A stretch of 64,000 bases of DNA from Candidatus Moranbacteria bacterium GW2011_GWC2_40_12 (GCA_000995965.1 LBYD01000002.1:135889-199888), one strand, 5' to 3'; shown: positions 17,582 through 28,667, numbered from the stretch's first letter. Notes: generated from the sequence alone by a model not told the origin. Made by a program: numbers and translations.

Positions 17582-20136
17582 AAAAAAGACCAAAAATTAT
17601 CAAACGCTGGTTCCTTGAAGGACCAAATAGATACGGAGACCATCCCTCCTTCAGAATCGAGGTACCGGCGCGAAAGGTATCACGGAACTTTGTTCTGATG
17701 AAATCAAAAAAATTGTCGCTCGACGCGAAAGATATGGTTTTCTCAACGAAATCCGATATTTCTTCCTGGATGTTTTCAGTAAAAACTCTCACGCGTCTCG
17801 CGGGCATTGCACTCGAATATCATGAACACTCCGCCATTCAAACAGGAAATGTTTTTGTGGTTTTTAGGGCAGATTCGGCGGAAATAGGAAACACAATCGC
17901 TTGCGAAGCCGCAGCATGGATCAATTCCGGTTTCCAAAAAAACGTTTCTCCATTCGTGACAAGATTGAAAATTGCCGCAAAAAAATATAGCACGGGACCA
18001 ATCACAGGAAGATACCTGCTCCAAGCGAAAAGAAGAGGCATCCCCTCTATCATACTTGCCAAAGAACCAAATTTACTTCAATTTGGATATGGAAGGCGGC
18101 TCAAGAAAGCATTGTCAGCTTCCACCAGCAACACCTCGAGAATCGGATCAAAAATCACCTCGAATAAAAACACGCTCAATGTTTTGCTAAATAAAATTGA
18201 TATTCCGGTTTCATTATCTGAGAAAATTTCCAATCTTTCCGAATTATATTCACTACTCAAAAAATTTAATCTTCCAGTTGTAATAAAACCGGCTGACTCT
18301 ACCGAAGGAAAAGGTGTTTCACTGAACATCCGGGATATTGGAGCTGCAAAAAAAGCATACCGCCGCGCAAGAAAGTTCAGCCGAAATGTCATAATGGAAA
18401 ATCAAATCGAAGGCCGATATTACAGGATAACGTTTGTCGGCGGCAAGATGATAGCATGTGCTAAGGCTAGTCCAGCCTGCGTGATCGGCAATGGAAGAAA
18501 AAAGCTTTCTCATTTAATCAGGGAAGAAAACGCAAAGCCATATCGCCAAACAAACAACAAAGACGCCGCTTTTTACAAAATTGAACTGACGCATAAACTT
18601 AAAACCATTCTTTCTTTCCAGGGAGTTGACTTGAATTCAATTATCCCGAAAATGCGAAAGATATTTCTTTCCTACTCGGGCGTTGACGGCGGAGAATGGA
18701 TAGAAGACAACGCTTCAGTTCATCCTGAAAATATTGATCTGATCAAACGCGCGCTGTTATTTGCCGAACTAGACATTGCCGGAGTGGATATTATCTCGCC
18801 GGATATTTCCAAGCCGCTGGCGTCCAACGGAGGAAAAATAATTGAGATCAATGCTGGCCCCGACACAAACATCCACGCCAACGTTAACCGCGGCAAAAAA
18901 ATATTCGTTGAAAAAGCAATCTTAGATTACCTGTATCCTTATCCCGAAAAAGGACGTATTCCTATTGTGAGCGTCACCGGAACAAACGGAAAAACGACCA
19001 CTTCTAAGCTCATTGCCCATCTCATTAATAATCCCTCCCGGTGGACTGTGGGCCTTGCCACTTCGGATAACAAATATATTAACGGCGAGCTTGTGGCGAA
19101 AGGTGACAAATCAGGCTTTCTCAGCGCCCGCTCACTTCTTATTAATCCTGAAATTGACGCGGCTGTCCTTGAAACTTGCCATATCTTGGGCATAGACATG
19201 CGGGGTTTGGGATATGACTGGAGTGATGCAAGTGTTATAACAAATGTAACTGACGACCATATTGGAACTTTCTGCACTCGAACTGCCGGAGATTTGTTTA
19301 GGATAAAGTCGGTCGTGGCAAAACGAACAAAAAAGAAAGGGTATCTTATTCTTAACGCCGACGACAAAAATGCGCCTCGAATGGCAAGACACACAAAAGC
19401 TACGATCGCTTATTTTAGCTTGGATTCCCATAATCATCAAATAAAATCACATTCCGCCAAGGGGCTACCCGTCTATTACCTGCGGAATGAAAAACTTTGG
19501 GAAGAGCGCGAGGGAAAGAAGACCTTATTGGCTGAGGTAAGTTGTATTCCTATTGCTTTTTCTGGAAAAGCCGAGTTTAATATCCAAAATTGTCTTGGAG
19601 CTCTAGCGGCCGTCAGATTGGTTTTTGGATCTCGTTTTCCTATCGAGAAAATTCGAAACAAATTATATTCTTTTGGCCGACATCCTCAATCCAATCCGGG
19701 ACGCTTCAATCTAATAAGAAAAAAAAATTATCACGTAGTTGTTGACTATGCTCATAATCCCGACGGTTATAAAAAGACCATAGAACTGGCAAGCAAAATC
19801 CCCCATAAAAGATTTGTCGGAATAATTAAGTCGGCCGGCGACCGTCCCGAAGGTTTTATTCACGAACTGGGAAAAATTTCCGGAAACAGCTTCGACTATA
19901 TTTTCATTAAAGAACCATCACCTGAAAAAATTAGGAACAGAGAAAAAGGGGTAGTCTCAAATCTTTTGCAAAAAGGCGTTCTTTCTACCGGATTTCCAAA
20001 AAAATTGACACGGATTATCCATGACGAAAAAACCGCTGTCAACAAAGCTCTGCAGCAATCCCGAGGCGGCGATCTTTTGGTTGTATTTGCACATGATATT
20101 GATAATGTAATTGAACAAATAAACAAATATCCCTAG
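17575..20136 (+). CDS. cphA: Cyanophycin synthetase-like protein (ATP-grasp + Mur-ligase domains)
   Basis: EGPN N-terminus, QFGYG, VIKP...GKGV, IEINAGP, RIPIVSVTGTNGKTTT, NPGRFN, DYAHNPDG, GDR. Confidence 0.7.
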   Translation: MLKKRPKIIKRWFLEGPNRYGDHPSFRIEVPARKVSRNFVLMKSKKLSLDAKDMVFSTKSDISSWMFSVKTLTRLAGIALEYHEHSAIQTGNVFVVFRADSAEIGNTIACEAAAWINSGFQKNVSPFVTRLKIAAKKYSTGPITGRYLLQAKRRGIPSIILAKEPNLLQFGYGRRLKKALSASTSNTSRIGSKITSNKNTLNVLLNKIDIPVSLSEKISNLSELYSLLKKFNLPVVIKPADSTEGKGVSLNIRDIGAAKKAYRRARKFSRNVIMENQIEGRYYRITFVGGKMIACAKASPACVIGNGRKKLSHLIREENAKPYRQTNNKDAAFYKIELTHKLKTILSFQGVDLNSIIPKMRKIFLSYSGVDGGEWIEDNASVHPENIDLIKRALLFAELDIAGVDIISPDISKPLASNGGKIIEINAGPDTNIHANVNRGKKIFVEKAILDYLYPYPEKGRIPIVSVTGTNGKTTTSKLIAHLINNPSRWTVGLATSDNKYINGELVAKGDKSGFLSARSLLINPEIDAAVLETCHILGIDMRGLGYDWSDASVITNVTDDHIGTFCTRTAGDLFRIKSVVAKRTKKKGYLILNADDKNAPRMARHTKATIAYFSLDSHNHQIKSHSAKGLPVYYLRNEKLWEEREGKKTLLAEVSCIPIAFSGKAEFNIQNCLGALAAVRLVFGSRFPIEKIRNKLYSFGRHPQSNPGRFNLIRKKNYHVVVDYAHNPDGYKKTIELASKIPHKRFVGIIKSAGDRPEGFIHELGKISGNSFDYIFIKEPSPEKIRNREKGVVSNLLQKGVLSTGFPKKLTRIIHDEKTAVNKALQQSRGGDLLVVFAHDIDNVIEQINKYP

Positions 20137-20140
20137 TGTT

Positions 20141-21634
20141 ATGGAAAAAAAGGCAAAGCCGAGTGGTACTTTCATTCGCGATATTGAAAACCTCAAAACG
20201 CTATTTTCGAGAAACAAAATAAAGATTTTTGGAATCGGGGCTTACCCTTCAACGCGAAGCGAGATCCGCCCCTTGATAGATGATTCCGAAATCATCTGCG
20301 CGAATCAGACCGGCGAATTCGCTTCGGTAAGCCAAAAAATAAAAGTGTCCTGCTTTCGGATAAAAAACAGGCTATCCAGTCTATATCCCGTGCAAAATCC
20401 AGAAGAAATCCTTTCAAAAAAAAGCGTAATCGCCCATATCAGGAAAAATTCAGCGGGCAAAAGAATCGGGATATACATATACAAACCGTCTTTAAAAATA
20501 GAAAAGATTTGTCGGGCAAATGGCTGGATTTTGATCGCAAACCGAATTTCCGTTTTTGACAAACTGGCTGGTAAAGACGAGGCTTGCCGCATTTTCCAAA
20601 AAATAGGAAAAAATCGAGATTTTCAAACAGTACCCCTAAACAGTCTTGAGAAAAAATTACCCGGTTTATTTTCAAGATTTGGAGACAAGATTGTTTTGCA
20701 ATTCCCGCGAGAGGGCGGAGGACGAGGCACTTTCTTTTTCCGCCGCGAAGATTCGAAAAATATAAGTTCGGAAATAGCAAAAAAAAGGAAAGGTTCGGAG
20801 ATAAAAAATTTTTCAAATAGAGTTTTGGTCAACGCTTATATTAAGGGGCCTTCTTTGAGCATCAGCGGCTGCATAACAAAAAGCAACGGCATTCTTTGCG
20901 ACAGCCTTCGCTATCAGCTGATCGACATCGCCGAGGCGAAAAAGATCAACTCCGCCGGAGTATTTTGCGGAAACGACTGGACGCTTGCGAAAAATATTCC
21001 CGCTTTCCTCGACAAACAAGCAAAAAAAATCGCCGTCCTAGTCGGCAATGTCCTAAAATCTGAAGGAGCACTCGGCATGTTTGGAATAGATTTTATCCGA
21101 TGCCGAGAAAGCGATACTCTGGTTCCTATTGAAATAAATCCTCGCCTGCTCGGCACGACCCCTGTTTCAGTTTATGTCCATTTACAAAAAGAACAAATCC
21201 CTCTTGAGGCTTTCCATCTGCTGGAATTCTTGAACATACCCTACAGAAAATTAAAAACTTTACCCAAGGAAAGTTTTTTATCGGCTCATGGGTGCCATTT
21301 GATACTATATAATCAGACTAGCGGCCGCGTTCGCGTCGGCAACGAGTTAAAGGGCGGCGTCTACGCGTTAACGAGGGCTTCGCGGCCCGCGCTCAAATAT
21401 TTGCGCCCTGGTTTTGAGCTTAGCGATATCAAGAATATGAATGAGTTTATTCTTACGGATGGAATGCCTCTTAAGAAGCTGGTCTACCAAAAAAATAAAA
21501 AACTTTTGAGGATTATTTCCAAAAAATCTCTAGTTAAAAAAAGCGCCGCCGAATTAAACTCCTGGGGGAAAAAAGTAGTCAGCCAAGTGCGGAGCAACCT
21601 TAAGATTCATCCGCTAAAAAAAATCAATAGGTAA
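20141..21634 (+). CDS. ATP-grasp domain protein (divergent peptide-ligase-like)
   Basis: GGGRGTF, FCGNDW, GMFGIDFI, IEINPRL. Confidence 0.75.
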   Translation: MEKKAKPSGTFIRDIENLKTLFSRNKIKIFGIGAYPSTRSEIRPLIDDSEIICANQTGEFASVSQKIKVSCFRIKNRLSSLYPVQNPEEILSKKSVIAHIRKNSAGKRIGIYIYKPSLKIEKICRANGWILIANRISVFDKLAGKDEACRIFQKIGKNRDFQTVPLNSLEKKLPGLFSRFGDKIVLQFPREGGGRGTFFFRREDSKNISSEIAKKRKGSEIKNFSNRVLVNAYIKGPSLSISGCITKSNGILCDSLRYQLIDIAEAKKINSAGVFCGNDWTLAKNIPAFLDKQAKKIAVLVGNVLKSEGALGMFGIDFIRCRESDTLVPIEINPRLLGTTPVSVYVHLQKEQIPLEAFHLLEFLNIPYRKLKTLPKESFLSAHGCHLILYNQTSGRVRVGNELKGGVYALTRASRPALKYLRPGFELSDIKNMNEFILTDGMPLKKLVYQKNKKLLRIISKKSLVKKSAAELNSWGKKVVSQVRSNLKIHPLKKINR

Positions 21635-21647
21635 CTCTATTTTTCTT

Positions 21648-23036
21648 ATGGAAAAGCCAAGTATTTTCAGTCAATCATATCTGGAGAGACGTGATCCGAA
21701 AGCTTACGATAAACAATGGCGCCATTTAATTAACCTTTGTCGTTCCTATAACGATCCTTTTACTTATTTAGGGGGCGAAGAAAAATACCGCAAACAGCAG
21801 AAAGATGATTTTTTATCTGGTAAAATTGAAAATCCGGTTCTTGATTATCCGGATATCAATATCGAAGATATAGACAGACGAGAAAAAAAGCTCCTTGAAA
21901 TAAAAGAATACATACTGAAAAAGGAGAAGAGGGAATTCGTTCGCCAGGCATATAAATGGAGAATAAATGAATTAGTGGCCGGCTTTAGAATGCTAAAGGC
22001 CACCGCCTCGGGAAACATGAAAAGATTCCAGCGCTATACCGAATATATCTACGGCAATCCTTCCCGAGATATTTTTTCCTATTCGGTAGAAAAGATTAGA
22101 GCCAACCTGGAAAATTATCTTGACTCGGATAATCTGGACCTGCAGAGCGCTGCCCAAAATCTTTTTGACGCGCTTCCGAAAGATCTTCCCGAGGCTAAAG
22201 TGATTCATTTGCCTGGCCAAGACGTGATTTCTAACGCGAAAAAAATTATCGATGAAGAATTCAGCAATCTATTCGAAATGCCTTCGGAAAAAAAAGAGCT
22301 CGACGCTGAAGATATTTGTCTCATCGCTTCTCAAATTATTAAAGATAAAAAGGCTTTCGACTGGAAAGCGATACTAATCGACGGAGGCAGCGGAAGCAGT
22401 CTGTCAGTGGATCAAGAAAGAAAACAATTTAAAATTCCAAAAGCAAAGACTGTTTCGCCTTCCGAATTTACAGGCACCGCTCGTCATGAAGCGGGCCGTC
22501 ATTTTTTCAGAAGAATTGAGGGTGATCGGAGCCGCTTGCGGCTGTTGGGAATAGGTCTCGACAGATATGACCGAGGGGAAGAAGGAGTCGCCACTGCCAC
22601 AGAACAAGCGGCAGAAGAACGAATGGATGATTTTGCTGGTCTCGCGAGCCATCTCGCGATCAGTTTGGCCATCGGACTTGACGGCAAACCACGAAACTTT
22701 AGGGATACTTATGAATGGATGAAAAAATACTTTACATTTCTCAAAGTTAAAAACGGAAAGAGTTTTTCCTCCGCTGAAACCGAAGCGCGATCGAATGCCT
22801 GGGCAATTTGCATTCGAACCTTTCGCGGAACAAATTGTTCCACTCCCGGCGTTTGTTTCACGAAGGATATCGTGTACAGAGAAGGCAACATAGAAACATG
22901 GGGAATCCTTGAAGAAAATCCTGAAGAAGCTCATCGTTTTAGTGTGGGGAAATACGACCCAGCCAATATGCGGCATCTCTGGATTCTTGATCAAATGGCT
23001 ATAGAAGATCAGGATTTAGAATATTTAGAGAAATAG
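21648..23036 (+). CDS. DUF1704 / MATCAP-like metallo-carboxypeptidase
   Basis: HEAGRH (HExxxH), EEGVA, RTFRG, FTKDIVYREG, GK motifs. Confidence 0.75.
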   Translation: MEKPSIFSQSYLERRDPKAYDKQWRHLINLCRSYNDPFTYLGGEEKYRKQQKDDFLSGKIENPVLDYPDINIEDIDRREKKLLEIKEYILKKEKREFVRQAYKWRINELVAGFRMLKATASGNMKRFQRYTEYIYGNPSRDIFSYSVEKIRANLENYLDSDNLDLQSAAQNLFDALPKDLPEAKVIHLPGQDVISNAKKIIDEEFSNLFEMPSEKKELDAEDICLIASQIIKDKKAFDWKAILIDGGSGSSLSVDQERKQFKIPKAKTVSPSEFTGTARHEAGRHFFRRIEGDRSRLRLLGIGLDRYDRGEEGVATATEQAAEERMDDFAGLASHLAISLAIGLDGKPRNFRDTYEWMKKYFTFLKVKNGKSFSSAETEARSNAWAICIRTFRGTNCSTPGVCFTKDIVYREGNIETWGILEENPEEAHRFSVGKYDPANMRHLWILDQMAIEDQDLEYLEK

Positions 23037-23150
23037 TGTATTATATTGACATAGGCTCAATTTTGATAGAAAATTGAGACTTACCGAATTCGTAATATAT
23101 CCCAAGCCATAGTAATATCTATTTTATCCTGTGGTACGGGATCAGCAAGA

Positions 23151-25385
23151 ATGAAAAACGAACTCGTGGATAACACGAAAAATGCTTTGAAAAAGCCAAA
23201 AAAGAAGCGGAAATGGCTTCGGCGGATTTTCAAAATTTTTGTTTGGTGCTTTGTCGCCGGGCTGCTTTTAGCTATAGGCGTTTTTGCCTATTATGCCAAA
23301 GATTTGCCTAGTCCCGGAAAACTCAACAAGAGGCAAGTCGTCGAATCTACCAAGATATACGACCGCACGGGAGAGCACCTTCTCTATGAAATCCACGGCG
23401 AGGAAAAACGCACCACTATCCCCCTAAAAGACATGGGCGAAGTCATCAAGGCCGCCACTCTTTCTGCCGAAGACCAGAGCTTTTATCAGCATCACGGAAT
23501 TTATTTCAAATCTATCGCGCGGGCCGCGATTTATGATCTTATCGGCCGCCAAGTCAGCCAGGGAGGATCGACCATCAGTCAGCAGCTAATCAAAAACACG
23601 GTACTTACAAACGAAAAAACTTTCACCCGCAAAGTAAAAGAAGTGATTCTTTCGGTCGAGCTCGAGCAAAGATTTTCCAAAGACGAAATTCTCGAGATGT
23701 ATCTCAACGAGATTCCTTATGGCTCCAATGCCTATGGGGTTCAGGCGGCTGCTCAGACTTTTTTCGGAAAAGACGCTAAGAGCCTTACTCTGGCTGAAGC
23801 AGCCCTTCTTGCTTCCCTTCCGAAAGCTCCAACCTATTACTCCCCTTATGGCTCAAACACAGATGACTTGAGAGGCCGGCAGGAGTACGTCTTGGACCAG
23901 ATGGCAAAACTTGGCTACATCACCAGAGAAGAGGCAGAAGGCGCCAAAGAAATTGATATAATTTCCGAAGTCAGACCCTTTCAGGAAAGCATCCAAGCGC
24001 CCCACTTTGTGATGTATGTGAAAGATCTTTTAGTGAACAAGTACGGCGAACAGCAAGTTGAAGAGGGCGGAATGAAAGTATTTACCACTCTTGATTGGGA
24101 CAAGCAGCAAATTGCAGACGAGGCGGTAAAAAAGGGAGTCGCGAATAACTCCAAGTATAAAGCCTCAAACGCGGCTCTCGTCGCTATTGATCCAAAGACG
24201 GGACAAATCCTGGCCATGGTCGGTTCCCGCGATTATTTTGACAAAACCATTGACGGAAACGTGAATGTTGCTATCCGCGACCGTCAACCTGGATCAAGTT
24301 TCAAGCCCTATGTTTACGCAACCGCTTTCAAAAAAGGCTACACCCCGAATACCATGCTTTTTGATGTTGAAACAAATTTTGGGACGAAGGAGAAGCCTTA
24401 TGCTCCTCAAAATTATTCGAATAATTTCAGCGGTCCGGTGAAAATGAAAGAGGCGCTTGCGAGATCCTTGAATATCCCGGCTGTGAAAACCCTTTACCTG
24501 GCCGGCGTGCAAAATTCGGTCAATACGGCCCAATCAATGGGAATCACTACTCTCAAGAACCCAAGCCGCTACGGTCTGGCTTTGGTTCTCGGCGGCGGGG
24601 AAGTCAAGCTCGTTGACCACGTGAACGCGTTCGGGACATTCGCGACAGGAGGAGTCAGACATGACAAGACAGCCATTCTCAAAATCACCTACTCTCAGGG
24701 AAACCTTCTGGACGAATATAAAAATTCAGCCGGGGAAAAAGTGCTGGATCAGGATATTTGCGCCAAAATTGATTCTATTCTTTCCGATAACAGCCTGCGC
24801 TCATCTGTTTTCGGCTCGAACAGCCCTCTCCGATTCGACAGCCGCCCAGTAGCCGTGAAAACCGGGACTACCAATGAATGGCGGGATGCCTGGACAGTTG
24901 GATATGCGCCAAATCTCGTAGCCGGCGTTTGGGCGGGAAACAACAACAACGCACCGATGGCACAAGGGTCCGATGGAGTGTATGTCGCCGCGCCAATTTG
25001 GCGGGAATTTATGGATAGGGCGTTTTCCAATATGGCCATTGAAAAATTTCCTGAAGTGAAAGACGAAAAAACCGGAAAAGCTATTCTCGACGGGACGGTG
25101 CAGGGAGAGGAGAAAGAGGTAACTGTTTGCAAAATCAGTGACGGAAAATATTGCCTTGCCAACGATAATTGTCCAGACAACGAAAAGAGGCGACACAAAA
25201 AATTCTTTTCGGCCCATTCCATCTTATATTGGATTGACAAAGACAACCCCCGCGGAGATGCCCCTAAACAGCCTCAAAAGGATCCTCAGTTTTCCGCTTG
25301 GGAAAAGGGAGTTCAGAAGTGGGCAGAGAAAAAAGAACTTGATGTTCAAGAAAATGTTGAGGAATGCAAGTCCAGTGATTTTTAA
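23151..25385 (+). CDS. Class A penicillin-binding protein (PBP1A family)
   Basis: EDQSFYQHHG, GGSTISQQL, RKVKE, SSFK, SLN, KTG. Confidence 0.95.
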   Translation: MKNELVDNTKNALKKPKKKRKWLRRIFKIFVWCFVAGLLLAIGVFAYYAKDLPSPGKLNKRQVVESTKIYDRTGEHLLYEIHGEEKRTTIPLKDMGEVIKAATLSAEDQSFYQHHGIYFKSIARAAIYDLIGRQVSQGGSTISQQLIKNTVLTNEKTFTRKVKEVILSVELEQRFSKDEILEMYLNEIPYGSNAYGVQAAAQTFFGKDAKSLTLAEAALLASLPKAPTYYSPYGSNTDDLRGRQEYVLDQMAKLGYITREEAEGAKEIDIISEVRPFQESIQAPHFVMYVKDLLVNKYGEQQVEEGGMKVFTTLDWDKQQIADEAVKKGVANNSKYKASNAALVAIDPKTGQILAMVGSRDYFDKTIDGNVNVAIRDRQPGSSFKPYVYATAFKKGYTPNTMLFDVETNFGTKEKPYAPQNYSNNFSGPVKMKEALARSLNIPAVKTLYLAGVQNSVNTAQSMGITTLKNPSRYGLALVLGGGEVKLVDHVNAFGTFATGGVRHDKTAILKITYSQGNLLDEYKNSAGEKVLDQDICAKIDSILSDNSLRSSVFGSNSPLRFDSRPVAVKTGTTNEWRDAWTVGYAPNLVAGVWAGNNNNAPMAQGSDGVYVAAPIWREFMDRAFSNMAIEKFPEVKDEKTGKAILDGTVQGEEKEVTVCKISDGKYCLANDNCPDNEKRRHKKFFSAHSILYWIDKDNPRGDAPKQPQKDPQFSAWEKGVQKWAEKKELDVQENVEECKSSDF

Positions 25386-25401
25386 AAAGGGCTATATCCT
25401 G

Positions 25402-25437
25402 AAATCCCTCCCGTATATCTGGGGGGATTTTTATTTT
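25402..25437. terminator. Hairpin terminator between convergent genes
   Basis: AAATCCCTCC-loop-GGGGGGATTT plus T tract. Confidence 0.65.
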
Positions 25438-25718
25438 ACTTTTATTTCTTCTACGCTTTCGCTTTCCAGAAAGTTATTAATTTCTTTTTTCAGCCCCTCT
25501 CTTTTCCTCCAAATTTCACTGGCAATCGCCGGATGGGCAGTTTTGATATATATTTTTTTTTCCTCCAGCCTGAAATCAAGAATATCTACTCGCGCGATAC
25601 TTGGTATTTTTTTTTCAAGCAGGCCAAAAAAAACGCTTTCGATGGATTTTTCATCAATTTCCCGCGCGTAATTTCTGCGACTCTTTTTTTTTGCCAGCAA
25701 GTCAGCTATAGCCTTCAT
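25431..25718 (-). CDS. dciA: DciA/DUF721 family protein
   Basis: KKIYIKTAHPAIASEI...LKKEIN motif; located next to dnaN. Confidence 0.65.
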   Translation of the reverse strand: MKAIADLLAKKKSRRNYAREIDEKSIESVFFGLLEKKIPSIARVDILDFRLEEKKIYIKTAHPAIASEIWRKREGLKKEINNFLESESVEEIKVK

Positions 25719-25727
25719 TTTATGTCT

Positions 25728-25784
25728 AAAGTTCGATTTTTTTCTTTGCCAGCTGACGCTTGCAGTTCATCAAAGTCGAACTTT
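25728..25784. repeat. Short inverted repeat between dnaN and dciA
   Basis: AAAGTTCGATTTT ... AAAGTCGAACTTT. Confidence 0.55.
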
Positions 25785-25788
25785 TTTT

Positions 25789-26940
25789 CTAGTTTCGAAT
25801 CGGCATTATGATATGAAGATAATTTTCATCCAATTTTTCTTTTTCCAGCACCTCCCGGAAAATTACCGGCCCGAAACTGTCATTAAAACCGATATAGACC
25901 ATGTTATTTGAAAAAGAGTTGAGGGCGTCCACAAGATAACGGTTATTAAAAGCTATTATATTTTCTCCCTTGGACTTGCCTTGACAAGGAACTTCGGCAA
26001 TATTTTCACCGGTTTCAACTGACTGGGATTCGATTTTCATTTTGCCGCTGTCTCCTTTTATGCAAAGTTTCACTTCGCGGCTTTTGCTGTCAGAAAAAAT
26101 ACTGGCTGTCCGAACCGCTTTGACTAAATCATCCCGCCCGACAAATACGCTCGAAGAAAATTCTTTTGGTATGACTTGCTTGTATTCTGGGTATTTTCCA
26201 TCAATCAGCCGTGAAACAAACACAACTTCATCGATTTCAAAAAAAATCTGGCTTTCACCGATATAAACCTTTATGCGGCCGCTTTCTTCGCTTATGCTCC
26301 TCGTCACCTCCTGCAAAGTTTTGGCTGGCACAATGATGGAGGAGTTTTTTGAAATAAATTTTTGGTAATTTGCTCCTATATCATTTTTTTCCAGCTTTAT
26401 TTTGGCCTCCGCCAAACGAAAGCTATCCGTAGCCGCAAGAACGAGGCCATCTTTCTCAAAACCGAAATAAACTCCTGTCAATTCTTGCCTCGTCTCTGAA
26501 ATTGCGGCCGAAGCAATCACTTTAGCGGCTTTATTTTGAAAAACCGGCCCATCAATTTCAAAAAGATGCTCTGATTGGGGCTTGGGTATGATTGGAAAAT
26601 CTTTGGCATCAACCCCTTTTATAACCGCCCGACTTCCTTCGCTTGTCAGATATAGCGTTTGATTTTTTGCTTCAATACTCATTTTTGATCCATCTGGAAT
26701 ATTACTCAAATAACTTCCCGCAATTCTTCCCGGAACAGCGATTTTTCCTTCTTTTTCAATTTTTGCCCGAAGCGAACAAACTACGCCAATTTCAAGATTT
26801 GTCGCTGATACTTTTAGCCGGCTTTTTTCCACTTCCAGCAGGATATTTGATAAAATAGGCAGAGTGAGATTTTTGCCTATTATTTTTTCAGCAATTAAAA
26901 TCCCTTTTTTAAAATTTTCTGACAAAGATTGCAATTTCAT
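25789..26940 (-). CDS. dnaN: DNA polymerase III beta clamp
   Basis: LPILSNILL, ATNLE, ATDSFRLA, SRLIDGKYPEY, IMPIR. Confidence 0.97.
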   Translation of the reverse strand: MKLQSLSENFKKGILIAEKIIGKNLTLPILSNILLEVEKSRLKVSATNLEIGVVCSLRAKIEKEGKIAVPGRIAGSYLSNIPDGSKMSIEAKNQTLYLTSEGSRAVIKGVDAKDFPIIPKPQSEHLFEIDGPVFQNKAAKVIASAAISETRQELTGVYFGFEKDGLVLAATDSFRLAEAKIKLEKNDIGANYQKFISKNSSIIVPAKTLQEVTRSISEESGRIKVYIGESQIFFEIDEVVFVSRLIDGKYPEYKQVIPKEFSSSVFVGRDDLVKAVRTASIFSDSKSREVKLCIKGDSGKMKIESQSVETGENIAEVPCQGKSKGENIIAFNNRYLVDALNSFSNNMVYIGFNDSFGPVIFREVLEKEKLDENYLHIIMPIRN

Positions 26941-27213
26941 TTTAGTAGTTAATAATAATTATTAAAGTTATATTAGTTATTTATTATATTAGGCGAGATG
27001 TTGTGGGGGTAAATTGTATTTTCGGCTTAAATAAAAATAATTTAGCGCGGTAAAATTGTGAATAGGGTTGTGGATAATTGTGGATAAGTTGAGTATATTT
27101 GTTTCAATTTCAGCACCATGGACTTTCTCCCAAGTTTATCAACTGTTTTTTCCTCTGTTATTTTTGTTAAAACAGGAACTCAGGGACACTTTTCCTCAGT
27201 TTATCCGCAGTTT
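26941..27213. other. Replication origin oriC
   Basis: Perfect DnaA boxes TGTGGATAA at 27069 and 27079, near-matches at 27057, 27136, 27201; AT-rich unwinding-like tract 26941-26992; lies between dnaA and dnaN. Confidence 0.85.
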
Positions 27214-28608
27214 TTAGCCATTATTATATATTTTCGCTTTAATATTTTGAAGCTCCTGCTCCAAAGTTTCGTCTTGTTCAACTTCCCGGCTGATTTTTTC
27301 GTAGGCATGCATGGCTGTTGAATGGTCTCTTCCTCCCAGTTGGTCGCCTATTCCCGGAAAAGAGGCTCGGAGCTCTTCTCGCATCAGATACATGGCCACC
27401 TGGCGTGGCCTAACAATATCTTTTCTCCTCGACCGATTCACAAGTTCCTGATGGTTAACGTTATAAAAATCAGCTACGGCTTCAAGTACCTGCTTAAACC
27501 CAATCCCCTTTTTTCTGCCAGAGTGAATAATGTCAGAGAGAGTTTTTTTCACATAGCCCAATGTGGGCTCGGCGTTTTTTAGCTCACAGGTGACAATTAT
27601 GCGGCTTAAGGCCCCCTCGAGCTCTCTGATGTTATGCTGGATGTTCGAGGCTATATAGTTGAGGGCTTCATTTTCAATTTCGAAATCTTTTTGGGCGGCT
27701 TTATGCTGTAATATGGCAATTCTGGTCTCAAGATCTGGTCGCGATACGTCGGCGATCATTCCTCCTTCAAAACGGGACCGGAGACGATCTTCCAGAGTCG
27801 CGATGGCTTTCGGCGGACGGTCGCTTGACAATATAATCTGCTTGTTTAGCTGGTAAAGAGTGTTGAAAATATGGAAAAATTCTTCCTGAGTCTTTTCTTT
27901 TCCGGCAATAAACTGAATGTCATCAATAATAAGGAGATCGGTGTTGAGGTATGATTTTTTGAATTCACGGGCCTGCTGGTTTTTCACCATATCAATATAA
28001 CGGTTAGTGAAAAATTCAGCGGTAGAATAGATTATCCTTTTTTTTGGGTCTTGGGTGAGAATTGAATTGGCGACTGACTGAAGAAGATGGGTTTTCCCAA
28101 GTCCGACACCTCCATAAATGAAGAGAGGGTTGTATGTTCGGCCGGAATTTCTCGAGACTGCGAGACAGGCCGCGTGAGCAAGTTCATTGTTCGAACCAAC
28201 AATGAAATTTTCAAAAGTGTAGCGATGGTTGAGGCCGATATGGCCTCCTTCAGCTTGCTGGAAAGATGTTTCTGTGTTTCGCAGGTCAATAAGGCTTTCT
28301 TCGCCCCCGGAAAGAACTGAATCAACTTCTTTTTTCTGAGAGCGAGGCACTCCCTGCATATTTTTTGCTGAAACAACGCAACGGACTTTTCGGATGTTTT
28401 CCCGGAAATTTCTAAGAGCTTTCAGGATAAACTGATTATATTTGTTTTCCAGCCATTCCTTGGCAAAGCCGTTGGGGACGCTTACGATCACGGCGTCATC
28501 TTTAAATTCAATTATGGAAGTATTTCTAAACCAAGTAGTGAAACTAGCTGGAGAAACAGCCAGTTCAACTTCCCCTAGGACAGCCTGCCAAATTTCATTG
28601 TTGGTCAT
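27214..28608 (-). CDS. dnaA: Chromosomal replication initiator DnaA
   Basis: [41 protein letters not shown]. Confidence 0.98.
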   Translation of the reverse strand: MTNNEIWQAVLGEVELAVSPASFTTWFRNTSIIEFKDDAVIVSVPNGFAKEWLENKYNQFILKALRNFRENIRKVRCVVSAKNMQGVPRSQKKEVDSVLSGGEESLIDLRNTETSFQQAEGGHIGLNHRYTFENFIVGSNNELAHAACLAVSRNSGRTYNPLFIYGGVGLGKTHLLQSVANSILTQDPKKRIIYSTAEFFTNRYIDMVKNQQAREFKKSYLNTDLLIIDDIQFIAGKEKTQEEFFHIFNTLYQLNKQIILSSDRPPKAIATLEDRLRSRFEGGMIADVSRPDLETRIAILQHKAAQKDFEIENEALNYIASNIQHNIRELEGALSRIIVTCELKNAEPTLGYVKKTLSDIIHSGRKKGIGFKQVLEAVADFYNVNHQELVNRSRRKDIVRPRQVAMYLMREELRASFPGIGDQLGGRDHSTAMHAYEKISREVEQDETLEQELQNIKAKIYNNG

Positions 28609-28667
28609 TGTTTAATATATTGAGTTCCCTAATTATAGCACAAAGGAAATCGGGAAGATGTGAGATC

